Below the pieces are notes generated by a model. It was not told the origin of the DNA, made no database searches, and worked only from the letters and a program-made list of their open reading frames with translations. The translations under genes were made by a program, and so were the position numbers. From a virus (Duplodnaviria > Caudoviricetes), in the IMG/VR virus record IMGVR_UViG_3300029305_003710, positions 20,153 through 84,152 of that record: 64,000 nucleotides of DNA, one strand, 5' to 3'. Shown here in pieces: positions 7,649-16,970 of the stretch (position 1 is its first letter; each line of letters starts with the position of its first letter).

Positions 7649-8785
7649 ATGATTAGGAAAGTAACAAGTCAAGTATTCAATGATACTAAGAGATTAATAG
7701 CTTCATATTCTAGTTTTAGCAGTGTAGCTAGAGTTACAGGGTTGAGTGCATCGACGGTGGGGTTAATTAATCAATGTTCTTTGTATGAAGACTATCTAGC
7801 CCTGGTGAAGGATAGAAATGAAAAAGCCGATAATAAATTAAAAGCGATGAACCTTCGGATGTTGAGTGGAGAACCTTTGTTTTGGAAGATTCATTCCGAA
7901 TGTAGAGGATTCTCCGTCCCGAGTATTAGCATATGGAGCGGTATCTCTAAAGAAGAAATCAGAAAAATGCGTCGGGCATCAAGTTACGCAGAATATCTAA
8001 GAAGCAACGATAATTATACACGGCAAAAGCCTGAAAGAACAACGGTTTCTGAGAAAGATTTTAAGGAAATTAGATTCTTTCTCCAAGATGGTTATTCAGA
8101 TAAAGAAATTATCGAATTATTTGGGTGTGCAGAGAGCGTATTGGATGAGGTTAAAAAGTACTCGACTTGGGAAGAATATCAAAACGCCAAACAAAAGCAT
8201 CATAATAAGTGTGTTTGGATTAATGATGGCCTCAAACAGATAATTGAAGATGGTATTAATCAAGGTCTTTCGAATTCGCAGATAGCGGCAGAAACAGGAG
8301 TTGGCTTTGCTTCGGTAACTAGAATCAGAAAAGGCACACATAGAGGAAACCCAAATCTTATTACTGAAAAAACTTATAATGCCCTGAAAAAAAATCCGTC
8401 CATAATTACAAGAAAAACTCTTGCGGAGAAAATATCTCAAAGCAAAAATTATAAAGAGTTTAGCTTGATGTATTACGCTGGCAAGAAAAAGGTTAGTTGG
8501 GAGACAGAAGAGGAAATCCCAGAAACAGAAATTCAAGAGAAGATTGAAGAGGTTTCTAAAGAAAGTATAGAACCAGTTAAGATAGAGGAGAAACCTATGA
8601 AGCCAATGAGAGAAGTTGAGGATAAGATAAAGATAGAAGATACGTTTCCTTCCCGAACCTCAGTTTCTTCAAAAGATATAAGCACGAATCAACTGCTTAA
8701 ATACAAATATCGCGGGATTTTTATATTGACTGGAGAGCTTATTACGGGATTAATTGGGTTAGGACTTATTGCTCTCCTAAAATAA
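7649..8785 (+). CDS. Multi-HTH-repeat protein with C-terminal membrane anchor
   Basis: Four HTH-like units (e.g. VARVTGLSASTV, IAAETGVGFASVTRI), most followed by a S.Y/WEEY-like motif; hydrophobic C-terminus. Confidence 0.6.
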   Translation: MIRKVTSQVFNDTKRLIASYSSFSSVARVTGLSASTVGLINQCSLYEDYLALVKDRNEKADNKLKAMNLRMLSGEPLFWKIHSECRGFSVPSISIWSGISKEEIRKMRRASSYAEYLRSNDNYTRQKPERTTVSEKDFKEIRFFLQDGYSDKEIIELFGCAESVLDEVKKYSTWEEYQNAKQKHHNKCVWINDGLKQIIEDGINQGLSNSQIAAETGVGFASVTRIRKGTHRGNPNLITEKTYNALKKNPSIITRKTLAEKISQSKNYKEFSLMYYAGKKKVSWETEEEIPETEIQEKIEEVSKESIEPVKIEEKPMKPMREVEDKIKIEDTFPSRTSVSSKDISTNQLLKYKYRGIFILTGELITGLIGLGLIALLK

Positions 8786-8936
8786 AGAGATATCATACTA
8801 GACTAGCTCGGGAAAATGTGTTACAATATTCAAGAAAGGATTTTATGAAAGACAAAGAAGAAAAAAATACTATCAAAACCGATAGAATGTATATGCCAAG
8901 AATCACTACCAACGACTGCTAAAGAAAGAAGATTAT

Positions 8937-9548
8937 ATGGCAATTTTGGTCGCGGAGAATTGTGAAGGGATTACTCTTCCAGACCCGTTTTATTTTGGTT
9001 TCGCCGAAGACAACAAATCTCTGCTCGTAGGGTTTAGGCTAGACAAAAAAGCCAAGTATGAACGTAGCACTGGTGCTCCTTATTCCTTTGTGAGACTTCT
9101 GAAAAGGTTAGCTGACGAGCCAGACGTTGTCCGAATCGTCTATGGAGAAAATATTTATATCATACCGTTTGAGGGCGATGAGCAGAATCTCCTAAAAGGC
9201 GTAGCCTTTGAGGATGATATACTCTATATGGCCTTCGGGAACACAGAACGGCTTAAACAACTTCTCTTAGACGAGGAAGGTCTTGACCCCGACAAGGTTG
9301 AGGGCTTCTCGGTCGCTATCGACCAAATTGGGTGCAAATGCTCACCCCAAATTATTAATAGCGGAGAGATTGCGAGCGAAGACTGCCAAAAAAACGCAGA
9401 CAGAGAAATCGAGGCTTTAACAACCATCGCACAGATTCTTGCCACTCACTACTCGCTTATAGACCGTCCTAGAGGTGGTTGGGAAGCATTAGGTGGTAAT
9501 CCTTACGACAAGATTATTAAAGAATATGAGGAATTACTCCGTGGATAA
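8937..9548 (+). CDS. Hypothetical protein
   Basis: 203-aa ORF. Confidence 0.65.
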   Translation: MAILVAENCEGITLPDPFYFGFAEDNKSLLVGFRLDKKAKYERSTGAPYSFVRLLKRLADEPDVVRIVYGENIYIIPFEGDEQNLLKGVAFEDDILYMAFGNTERLKQLLLDEEGLDPDKVEGFSVAIDQIGCKCSPQIINSGEIASEDCQKNADREIEALTTIAQILATHYSLIDRPRGGWEALGGNPYDKIIKEYEELLRG

Positions 9549-9897
9549 CTTAGAATTTTATATCCCGCTTTATAATCAAGGGAAACTAGAATTTTATAAT
9601 ATTTTCAGGCATTCGGGAGTAAGGTGGGGACTTTCTATGTATCGGACAGGGAAATTTGATAAGGTATACCCTGATGGAGAAGGAGATAGGTGTCTGTATG
9701 TTTTTGGTGACTTCTGGGCTCGCACGGAATATGAAATGATAATTTCTGAATGGGGAGGAGACGCCTCAAGAAAAGTAGATATGTTTGAGCTCTGTATCAA
9801 GCCTAATGAAAAACTCTTATTTGAAATGATTGAGTCTGTTCCCTTGGAAGAGTGTGAGAAGTTTTTGACAGAATGGTATCGTAAGCGACGAAAGTAG
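9526..9897 (+). CDS. Hypothetical phage protein
   Basis: ORF 9493-9897 with probable ATG at 9526; ...ARTEYEMIISEW...KVDMFE... segment. Confidence 0.55.
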   Translation: MRNYSVDNLEFYIPLYNQGKLEFYNIFRHSGVRWGLSMYRTGKFDKVYPDGEGDRCLYVFGDFWARTEYEMIISEWGGDASRKVDMFELCIKPNEKLLFEMIESVPLEECEKFLTEWYRKRRK

Positions 9898-9962
9898 GGC
9901 GATAAATAGCAAGAAGCGACCTGTACTGGGGTCGTTTTTTGTGAGTTTGATATAAAAGAGGT

Positions 9963-10451
9963 ATGACTTATGAAGAAAGAGAAGCTGAAAGGCAAAAGAT
10001 ATTAGAAAAAAAGGCGAGAGGAGAAAAATTAACCCTAGATGAAACCCGTCTCGCTAACATGAACATGATAAAACCAGGTGAGGTTAGAAATCCTAAAGGG
10101 CGTGGGAAAGGAGTTAAAAGCTGGTCAACTCACTTCAAAAGGTTGATGGGAGATGAAAAACTACTCAAAAGTATTATCTCTAATAAGCCGAGTGCATGGG
10201 AAGGGATTGTCGATGAAATTCCTGCGGATGTTATTGCGGCGGGGCTGATTGCCGTCGTTACAAGGGATGTGGCTAAAGCCGTCGCTGAAGGTAAGTCGAT
10301 TGATAAGAACACCCTACGGGCAATAGATATTCTGAATAAATTAGGTTGGGGGGAGAAGAATATCCTTTCCGTTGATGAAGAACAAGGCTTCTTCGAGAAA
10401 CCAGTTATCAATTTCATAGTGAAGCCGCCTAGGAAAGAGCCGGAATCCTGA
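9963..10451 (+). CDS. terS: Terminase small subunit
   Basis: KPGEVRNPKGRGKG motif; immediately upstream of TerL. Confidence 0.75.
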   Translation: MTYEEREAERQKILEKKARGEKLTLDETRLANMNMIKPGEVRNPKGRGKGVKSWSTHFKRLMGDEKLLKSIISNKPSAWEGIVDEIPADVIAAGLIAVVTRDVAKAVAEGKSIDKNTLRAIDILNKLGWGEKNILSVDEEQGFFEKPVINFIVKPPRKEPES

Positions 10452-10452
10452 T

Positions 10453-12849
10453 ATGGAGATTAGCGAAAAGCAAAAACAAGCGTATGAGCTTGCATTGAAT
10501 CCGCAAATTACAGAACTCCTTTTAGGGGGAAGCGCAGGCGGAAGTAAGAGCTGGACAGTTTGTCAGATAGGCGTTTTGATAGCGAAGATGTATCCTGGTG
10601 TAAGAATCTTTGTCGGTAGGAAAACTCTTAAAAGTCTAAAACAATCTACTATAGCTACGTTAGTGAATAAGGTTCATCCTGCATTGGGGCTTACTTATGA
10701 TGATTATCGGCTAAGATTCTCCGATATGGAATTAGAATATAAGAATGGGTCTAAGATTATTTTTGGAGAATTGGACTATATCCCTTCGGATGAAGATTAT
10801 TCGCGTTGGGGGTCGATGGAGTGCGATTTTGGGATAATTGAAGAGGCTGGCGAGATAGCGAAACAGGGGTTTAGTGTTATTAAATCTAGAACAGGACGTG
10901 GCATATTGGCTAAAGAATATGGGATTCCGGGGTTTGTGATTTTGACTTGTAATCCAAGTCAGAACTTTCTCAAAACCGAGTTTTATGACCCTTATGAAAA
11001 ACTTGGCGGTGGAGGATTCCAAAAGTGGGAGATAGGCGAGATTACGCTGGATGAAGGCAAAGTAACTGAGAGAAAGGTTCCTGCATATAGGGCTTTTTTG
11101 AGAATGGGGGCATATGATAATCCCTTTCTCCCGAAAAGTTATATAGATAACCTGAAGGTTTTGCCCGACCGTGAAAGAAAGAGGTTACTGGAGGGGAATT
11201 GGAATTATGCCGATGATGATAATATGTTATTTAAGTCTGGACTACTTGATAAAGCAACAATCTATGAGTCACCCGTAGGAGAGAAGTTTAACTCCTATAT
11301 TGGGTGTTTCGATGAAACGACGGAGGTCTTGACCGATGAAGGCTTTAAGAAGTTTAGAGATTTGAAGGGTAATGAACGCGTTTTAGCAAGAAGACCCAAC
11401 GGGGTGTCTGAATATATCCCCTATGATAATTACATTGAGTATGACTATGCAGGTGAAATGTATGAGATTGAACGACAAGGGGCAAGTGTTTTTGTAACAC
11501 CTAACCATAAAATGTTGTGTGCCCCCGCTAAAGGGGAGACGGAGCTTCGAGAAATCCAAGAGATAACTGATAAGGAGTGGCGCATTATTCGTCAGCATGA
11601 GTTCCGTCAAGGATTATTTCAAGATGAGTTTCCATTTGAACTGGGCTATAATAAAAAAGATTTCTTTGCCTTTTTGGGGTGGTTCATCTCGGAGGGATGT
11701 GTTTGTGGGCTAGCGAGCGTGAATATCACACAACGCGATGTAAAGAAAAAGGACGCGATTCGCGCTCTGTTGACTAAAATGAGGATTAGATTTTCTGAAA
11801 GTGAGCAAAACTTTAACATAAGCAATAGGAAGCTGGCGTCCTGGCTTCTCGAACATGTCAAAAAATACGCCCACAATAAAGAAATCCCCCGCCTCGTGAC
11901 TTACTGTAGTAATTGGAGTTATGTAGAGGCCTTTCTCGACGCGTATTGCGATGGTGACGGGATGAGAAGAAAAGGGCAACGACTTTGTTATGTGTCGTCG
12001 TCTAAAAAGATTATGGATAGTTTACAGATTATTCTGTCGCACTTTAATCGGCAAGGCCGTATATCGTTGAAAGAGAAGGCGGGGTCTGAAACTATTATCG
12101 AGGGAAGAAAAGTGGTTAGATTGCATGATGTTTATATATTATATGAACGTTGGCAGGATAGTGATGTTTGGGTAAAAAATTATAAGGCGGAGCAAAAAGA
12201 TTTTAACGGGAAGGTGTATTGCGTAGCAAATCGTTATCATACAATTTTTGTGCGCCGGAACGGAGTGTGTTACTGGATTGGGAACTGCGATGTAGCCGAC
12301 AAGGGAAAAGACTTGACTTGCTTTACCTTGATAAAAGATGGGGTAGTGGTTACTCAAAAGATTGCGGGAGCAAGTATTGATAATAATTTTAATCAACCTA
12401 TTGGCAGGATTTTAGCCGATGAGTTAGTGGAGTTCGCTCAAAAGAATGGTTTTACCTCGAAAGAAGCTCGAAATATCGCTATTGAATGCAATGGGGTAGG
12501 TAGCTCCATCCGAGATATGATGAAATTGAGAGGGTGGTATTTTACGGAATATACCGCTACTCATAAAAGTAGAAGTGAAAATTACTATCAGTTAATGTTA
12601 GATATGGACTCAGGGGATATTAAATTGTATCATGAAATGCTAGGGTTAGAGGATTTGAAAAAAGAGCTTTCGGCACACACTTACGAGATGAATCTCCAAG
12701 TACCTGATATATGCAAAAAGGAGAAGATTAAACAAGCTTTAGGTCATTCCCCAGATAGGTCGGACTCTCTTACGATTGCTAATTGGTGTCGGCATCAAAA
12801 TACAGACAAACGTGGGGAACATTACAACTCTTCCAGAATAATTTTTTAA
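10453..12849 (+). CDS. terL: Terminase large subunit, intein-containing
   Basis: Walker A GGSAGGSKS, Walker B IIEEA, LTCNP coupling motif, DNPFLP, LLEGNW, nuclease G|CDVA..G.D, SPDRSDS. Confidence 0.93.
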   Translation: MEISEKQKQAYELALNPQITELLLGGSAGGSKSWTVCQIGVLIAKMYPGVRIFVGRKTLKSLKQSTIATLVNKVHPALGLTYDDYRLRFSDMELEYKNGSKIIFGELDYIPSDEDYSRWGSMECDFGIIEEAGEIAKQGFSVIKSRTGRGILAKEYGIPGFVILTCNPSQNFLKTEFYDPYEKLGGGGFQKWEIGEITLDEGKVTERKVPAYRAFLRMGAYDNPFLPKSYIDNLKVLPDRERKRLLEGNWNYADDDNMLFKSGLLDKATIYESPVGEKFNSYIGCFDETTEVLTDEGFKKFRDLKGNERVLARRPNGVSEYIPYDNYIEYDYAGEMYEIERQGASVFVTPNHKMLCAPAKGETELREIQEITDKEWRIIRQHEFRQGLFQDEFPFELGYNKKDFFAFLGWFISEGCVCGLASVNITQRDVKKKDAIRALLTKMRIRFSESEQNFNISNRKLASWLLEHVKKYAHNKEIPRLVTYCSNWSYVEAFLDAYCDGDGMRRKGQRLCYVSSSKKIMDSLQIILSHFNRQGRISLKEKAGSETIIEGRKVVRLHDVYILYERWQDSDVWVKNYKAEQKDFNGKVYCVANRYHTIFVRRNGVCYWIGNCDVADKGKDLTCFTLIKDGVVVTQKIAGASIDNNFNQPIGRILADELVEFAQKNGFTSKEARNIAIECNGVGSSIRDMMKLRGWYFTEYTATHKSRSENYYQLMLDMDSGDIKLYHEMLGLEDLKKELSAHTYEMNLQVPDICKKEKIKQALGHSPDRSDSLTIANWCRHQNTDKRGEHYNSSRIIF
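11305..12285 (+). mobile_element. 327-aa intein with LAGLIDADG endonuclease in TerL
   Basis: CFDETTEVLT N-term, block B VTPNH, FLGWFISEG and FLDAYCDGDG, C-term VYCV...WIGN|C; excision leaves a 471-aa TerL. Confidence 0.9.
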
Positions 12850-12879
12850 AAGAAACCCCCAGAAAGGGGGTCTTTTATA
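12849..12879. terminator. Bidirectional terminator between terL and the GNAT gene
   Basis: AAAAGAAACCCCC-agaaa-GGGGGTCTTTT between convergent genes. Confidence 0.6.
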
Positions 12880-13339
12880 AAGTACCGTTAAATACAAACT
12901 CTCTAGCGTTTCCGTAGTAGGACTTATCTAAGGTTTGGGTATGCTCCCAACCGTATTTTTTTATCAGTCCTTCAAACATGGGAACTTTGTATTCGGCGAT
13001 GGTGATAAGCGGTTTAGTAGTCCCAAGAAAGATAAAACCTTCAGAAAGAAGTCTAGTAGCTAAATGCCTCCCGCGGGCTTCTTCCTTAACAAACAGAGTA
13101 CAGACCTTTTGTTCGGATTTCTTTAAGATGCAAAGCCCTTCCACGGTCATTCCTTCGTAGCAAGCAAGGATTTCTCGTTCTCCAGTAAAGAGTTCAGGAA
13201 TATACTTAGTATAGAAATGTTTGAAGTGATTGGGATAGTCTTTGGTAATCCAATCGGTCAGGGCATAAGTTTGGAAGAAAAGGTCGTTTAAAGAGAGAAA
13301 ATCTCTTTTCTGGAGCAATTCTTTAGCGGAAACTATCAT
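12875..13339 (-). CDS. GNAT family N-acetyltransferase
   Basis: KVCTLFV..EARGRHLATRLL acetyl-CoA-binding motif A. Confidence 0.8.
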   Translation of the reverse strand: MIVSAKELLQKRDFLSLNDLFFQTYALTDWITKDYPNHFKHFYTKYIPELFTGEREILACYEGMTVEGLCILKKSEQKVCTLFVKEEARGRHLATRLLSEGFIFLGTTKPLITIAEYKVPMFEGLIKKYGWEHTQTLDKSYYGNAREFVFNGTL

Positions 13340-13424
13340 GCTATCGCCTCCTATTAATGTACAATTTTCTTAATTATAATGCGAAAGGCTTGAAAAATCA
13401 AGGATTTTGTTATATAATAAGGTT

Positions 13425-13778
13425 ATGAGTAAACAATTTCATCAAATGGGGTTGCAATCCATCTATTTCAATTTTATGAAGAATGGAACTAAAAGGATTG
13501 AGCTCCGACTAAACGATTCAAAGCGTCAACAGATTAATATTGGCGACGAAATACATTTTGTTTGCGGGACTCAATTTCTTCTCGCCAAAGTTAAAGGCAA
13601 AATTTATTTTGATACTTTTAAAGACTTGTTCGACTTCCTAGGGCACGATATGACTTTAGTGGCTAGTAAGGACACTTCGGAAGAGGAGATGCTTCGAGTG
13701 ATGGAGAAATTCTACCCACTTGAAAAACAACATCAACTAGGTGTAGTCGGATTGGTCATTGAGCCAAAGCTTGATTAA
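13425..13778 (+). CDS. ASCH/PUA-like domain protein
   Basis: YF..MKNGTKRIELRLND.KRQ.I..GD.I.F motif; promoter TTGAAA-17-TATAAT at 13390-13418 with ATG 6 nt later. Confidence 0.85.
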   Translation: MSKQFHQMGLQSIYFNFMKNGTKRIELRLNDSKRQQINIGDEIHFVCGTQFLLAKVKGKIYFDTFKDLFDFLGHDMTLVASKDTSEEEMLRVMEKFYPLEKQHQLGVVGLVIEPKLD

Positions 13779-13817
13779 CCCGATAAAATATAAGAAAATA
13801 GTACCGAAAGGATTATC

Positions 13818-14042
13818 ATGGCAAAAAAAGAAGATATCATCACTCAACTTATTGACGAAACCAAGGAACGTCTCAAAGACGAGAAAATGGTTGGTCTGGT
13901 AGCAGGGGCTATTGTAGGCTATATGCTCCGCGACAAACTTGAAAATAATTCTGAACTCCGTAACACAATCCTAGGGGCTGTTGGCGGCGAAACTGTCGCT
14001 CGCCTGCTCGGAGACGGGAGAACTTCTGATGACGGCAAATAA
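13818..14042 (+). CDS. Small protein with glycine-zipper-like hydrophobic helices
   Basis: GLVAGAIVG and LGAVGG segments; SD AAGGA. Confidence 0.55.
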   Translation: MAKKEDIITQLIDETKERLKDEKMVGLVAGAIVGYMLRDKLENNSELRNTILGAVGGETVARLLGDGRTSDDGK

Positions 14043-14334
14043 ACAAGAAGAGCAACGCAAAAGCATGGAAACCCTTGCTGACTTAATTGGCATGGGAGTT
14101 AAAGAAGTCTACAAAATGTTCCTGCGCAACGTGGTAGTACAAGGTTTAATCTTGTTGGTGATTGCCCTTCTACTAGTCGGAGCTGGCGTACTTATCGCCA
14201 TGGGTATAGTTGTGCCAATCTGGACTTGGGTATTATGCGGAATCGCTCTTATCCCGCTAATCTGGGGCGTCTTACTTATTTCCAATCCCGCTTATCATGC
14301 TCTTGAGGACATTATTGACAGGATTAAAAAATAA
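14029..14334 (+). CDS. Small membrane protein (2 TM)
   Basis: Two hydrophobic helices. Confidence 0.6.
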   Translation: MTANKQEEQRKSMETLADLIGMGVKEVYKMFLRNVVVQGLILLVIALLLVGAGVLIAMGIVVPIWTWVLCGIALIPLIWGVLLISNPAYHALEDIIDRIKK

Positions 14335-14606
14335 TGCTCCCTTTCGAGAACCCTAGCAGAGTTTTTAAAAAGGCTAGGATTAAGCTTGAAAATTTGCTGT
14401 TAGCTCCGACCATCAAAAAAGCGAGATTCCAAGGGGAATCCTTAGAATATTACGTTGTTGACCGAAACGGGTATTGGACTTACATACCACCCCAGTATGT
14501 GAATAAGCATGGTAAATTCCAGAGATGGAAGTTCATTTATCCCTGGGTTCTCTGCGCACTCTTTCTGGTAGGAATAGTTTTAATCTTAAAGGTAGTTTGT
14601 TTATGA
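14334..14606 (+). CDS. Small C-terminally anchored membrane protein
   Basis: Soluble N-domain plus C-terminal TM helix. Confidence 0.55.
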   Translation: MLPFENPSRVFKKARIKLENLLLAPTIKKARFQGESLEYYVVDRNGYWTYIPPQYVNKHGKFQRWKFIYPWVLCALFLVGIVLILKVVCL

Positions 14607-14929
14607 AACGAATCGACAAAAAATTTCCAATCCTCTACGAAAAACGGCCTCTTGTCGATGGGGCTACCGGTGAGATTATAAGATTCCGTGAGCCTTTCTT
14701 TAATGACGACGATTACTATTATGTCGTTAAAACAGAATTGGACGCATACAGACATGAGACTATACCCCAAAAGGAGGCAAGAACTTTTAGAGATAAGCAG
14801 GGCAATCTTCGTCTTGCTCCAAGGCATCGAGATAATGATATAGAGAAGCACGCTCTGTTTGTCCTAGGGATTCTATGCCTGATTTTAGGGCTTGCTGGGA
14901 TTGTCACACTTATCTTGAGGAGTAGATAA
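14603..14929 (+). CDS. Small C-terminally anchored membrane protein
   Basis: ATGA overlap; C-terminal TM helix. Confidence 0.55.
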   Translation: MKRIDKKFPILYEKRPLVDGATGEIIRFREPFFNDDDYYYVVKTELDAYRHETIPQKEARTFRDKQGNLRLAPRHRDNDIEKHALFVLGILCLILGLAGIVTLILRSR

Positions 14930-15196
14930 TGATAACCCCCACAAAATTCTTTAGGAAGTATTGGTAAAAGCTTCTAACCATAGTCCTTGTAGCTATAACT
15001 TTAGGTTTTGTTATCTGGTAAGCCCCCCTTATCTATCAAGGGTTTAGGGATATAATTTGGGTTAGGCTACAACTTTTTAGAGAAGCAACGACTAGAACAT
15101 ATCCCTCCTCCAAGCCCCCCATTCGTTAAAGATTGGGGGCTTTTTTGTGGGGTGATATACTAGAAAGACACTAACATTAACGGGAGCAAAAGTTAA

Positions 15197-16384
15197 ATGA
15201 AAATCCTCTATCACAGCGAGTATGACGGCGAAGAGTTTGACCGTGAACGGTATCTGAACTCTCTCCGTAAGTATGGAGAAATCGACGAAGAATTAGCGGA
15301 CAAGGTTATCAAGGAAAAGATTGAAGCCTTCCCGATTAGACACTACTCCGTATTGGTAAAAGAAGCAATCCCTTTATTCAAGGGAGAAGACGCTGCGAGA
15401 AACTACTACGACGACCACCACGAAGGGAATGTGGGGTTTGAGAGGCTACGCAGGATAACAGGTAAAACACAATAGTTTATGCCTGTCAACTAGCGTAAAC
15501 TTGATATGATATAATATATCAAGGTTTTCATAGCCAGACTCCACTAGGGGTCAGAAGTAAAAAATAACTATGGAGGCAACGAGAGATGAGCAATCAAACC
15601 TCGTGTTTTAGAAAAATCAAAACCTTAAAATATCTGTATGAAATCAACGAGGACGGCACAATCTTACGAAATGTGAAGTCCAAAAAGCACCTCAAAATCA
15701 AACTCGATAAACACCATTCACCGCAAGGGTATTATAGGGTTTGGGTAAAAGGCAAACCCTATATGATACATCGGTTAGTGGCAGAGTGCTGGCTAGGAGA
15801 TAAGCCAGAAAAAGCAGAAATCAACCACATCGACCGCAACTCGCACAACAACCACTACTCGAACTTACGGTATGTATCGCACTCCGAGCAGATGAGAAAC
15901 CGCAAACTCTCCCCAAGGATTATCGAGCAAGCGAAACGGAACTGTCTGAAGTGGACAATGGAAAATGTAGCAAAGCCCGTGAGGATTGAAAGCGAAGAAG
16001 GACAAATGCACTTCCTCTCGATGAGCCAAGCGTCGGCTTATATTGCGGGAAAGACAGGCAAGACGAAAGAGCATATCAGGGCGAAAATGAAAAAGAGGCG
16101 TAAACAGATATACGATTATAAGATTAGTTATCTAAAATGTAGAGACTAGACACGCTGACCCTACGGGGTAAGGAATAGTCCAAGACCGACACTTGTATTT
16201 AGTCGGGACATTAGAAAGGTGGTCGGATGGCAAACGCGCCGAGGAACGCGAACGCGTGAAGCACAATGTTGACGGGGTTTATACCAAAGCCGAGAAGTCT
16301 GACCGAGAGATTGAAAAACAAGCCCATATCTCGGATAATCAGGACGAATATCATAAGACCGCGGTCTCGCTTGACTTTTCTTGA
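15197..16384 (+). CDS. Miniature NrdD C-terminal (glycyl-radical loop)-like protein split by an intron: join(15197..15463,16196..16384), 151 aa
   Basis: Splicing joins FERLRRITG to YLVGTLERWSDGKRAEERERVKH, the class III RNR C-terminal signature. Confidence 0.85.
15464..16195 (+). mobile_element. Group I self-splicing intron (732 nt)
   Basis: 5' exon ends ...ACAGGU pairing with IGS GCCUGU (15481-15486, U.G at the splice site); R-like AGAGACUA (16141) and S-like AAUAGUCC (16175) form P7; terminal G at 16195; splicing restores the frame. Confidence 0.88.
15586..16149 (+). CDS. Intron-encoded HNH homing endonuclease
   Basis: IHRLVAECW, INHIDRN..NN..SNLRYV. Confidence 0.88.
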   Translation: MSNQTSCFRKIKTLKYLYEINEDGTILRNVKSKKHLKIKLDKHHSPQGYYRVWVKGKPYMIHRLVAECWLGDKPEKAEINHIDRNSHNNHYSNLRYVSHSEQMRNRKLSPRIIEQAKRNCLKWTMENVAKPVRIESEEGQMHFLSMSQASAYIAGKTGKTKEHIRAKMKKRRKQIYDYKISYLKCRD

Positions 16385-16652
16385 AAAATAATATAAAATA
16401 AAGAAGACAAGTGTCTTTTCCGTTTTAGCACTTGTTAAACCTCACTTGCCTGGAGGGGGTCTGCATATTCCCCCTCCTCTTTGAGAAAGGGAAGAATGTT
16501 TGATTTAATTAGAGAAGGCTTATTGGAACATACTTACGATTCCGTAGAAGAATATAATGCGGAAGTCCTAAGAATTAGTTGTTCCTTACAAGAAGAATTA
16601 GGTCGAGCCGAACGATTTTATCTCTCTGAAGAAGGGAGAAAGGAAATTTTCG

Positions 16653-16970
16653 ATGAGTGAATTAGCGGGGTATAAAGGAGGTCGTTTACATCGACCAGTT
16701 CCCTTGGAGAGAATCCTTGGGAAATTCAAAAGTGAAATTATCAATTTTGCTGCCGACCAATGGACAGAATATTCGACCGAATGGCTAGCCTCTCAAGTAG
16801 TAGAAATCTGGTGGGAAGACCTCCCCAAAAATGTGTCCGTTAAAGAAGTGGAGCAGATTGTTGCTCGATGGGACAAAGAAATCAGAGACTTGATTGATGA
16901 GTCTTTTGAACCTTCCCCTAGGGAGGAGGCGTTGAAAGAAATCCAACAAGAAACTCTAAGAGGGCTTTAG
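16653..16970 (+). CDS. Hypothetical protein
   Basis: 105-aa ORF. Confidence 0.55.
   Translation: MSELAGYKGGRLHRPVPLERILGKFKSEIINFAADQWTEYSTEWLASQVVEIWWEDLPKNVSVKEVEQIVARWDKEIRDLIDESFEPSPREEALKEIQQETLRGL

Noticed and set aside
16484-16660. Small CDS (FDLIREGLLEH...IFDE*) upstream of 16653
   Set aside because: The ATG at 16495 is out of frame with the open stretch (ATG TTT TGA). It may be a homopolymer indel or pseudogene, which also cautions against over-reading the portal frameshift.
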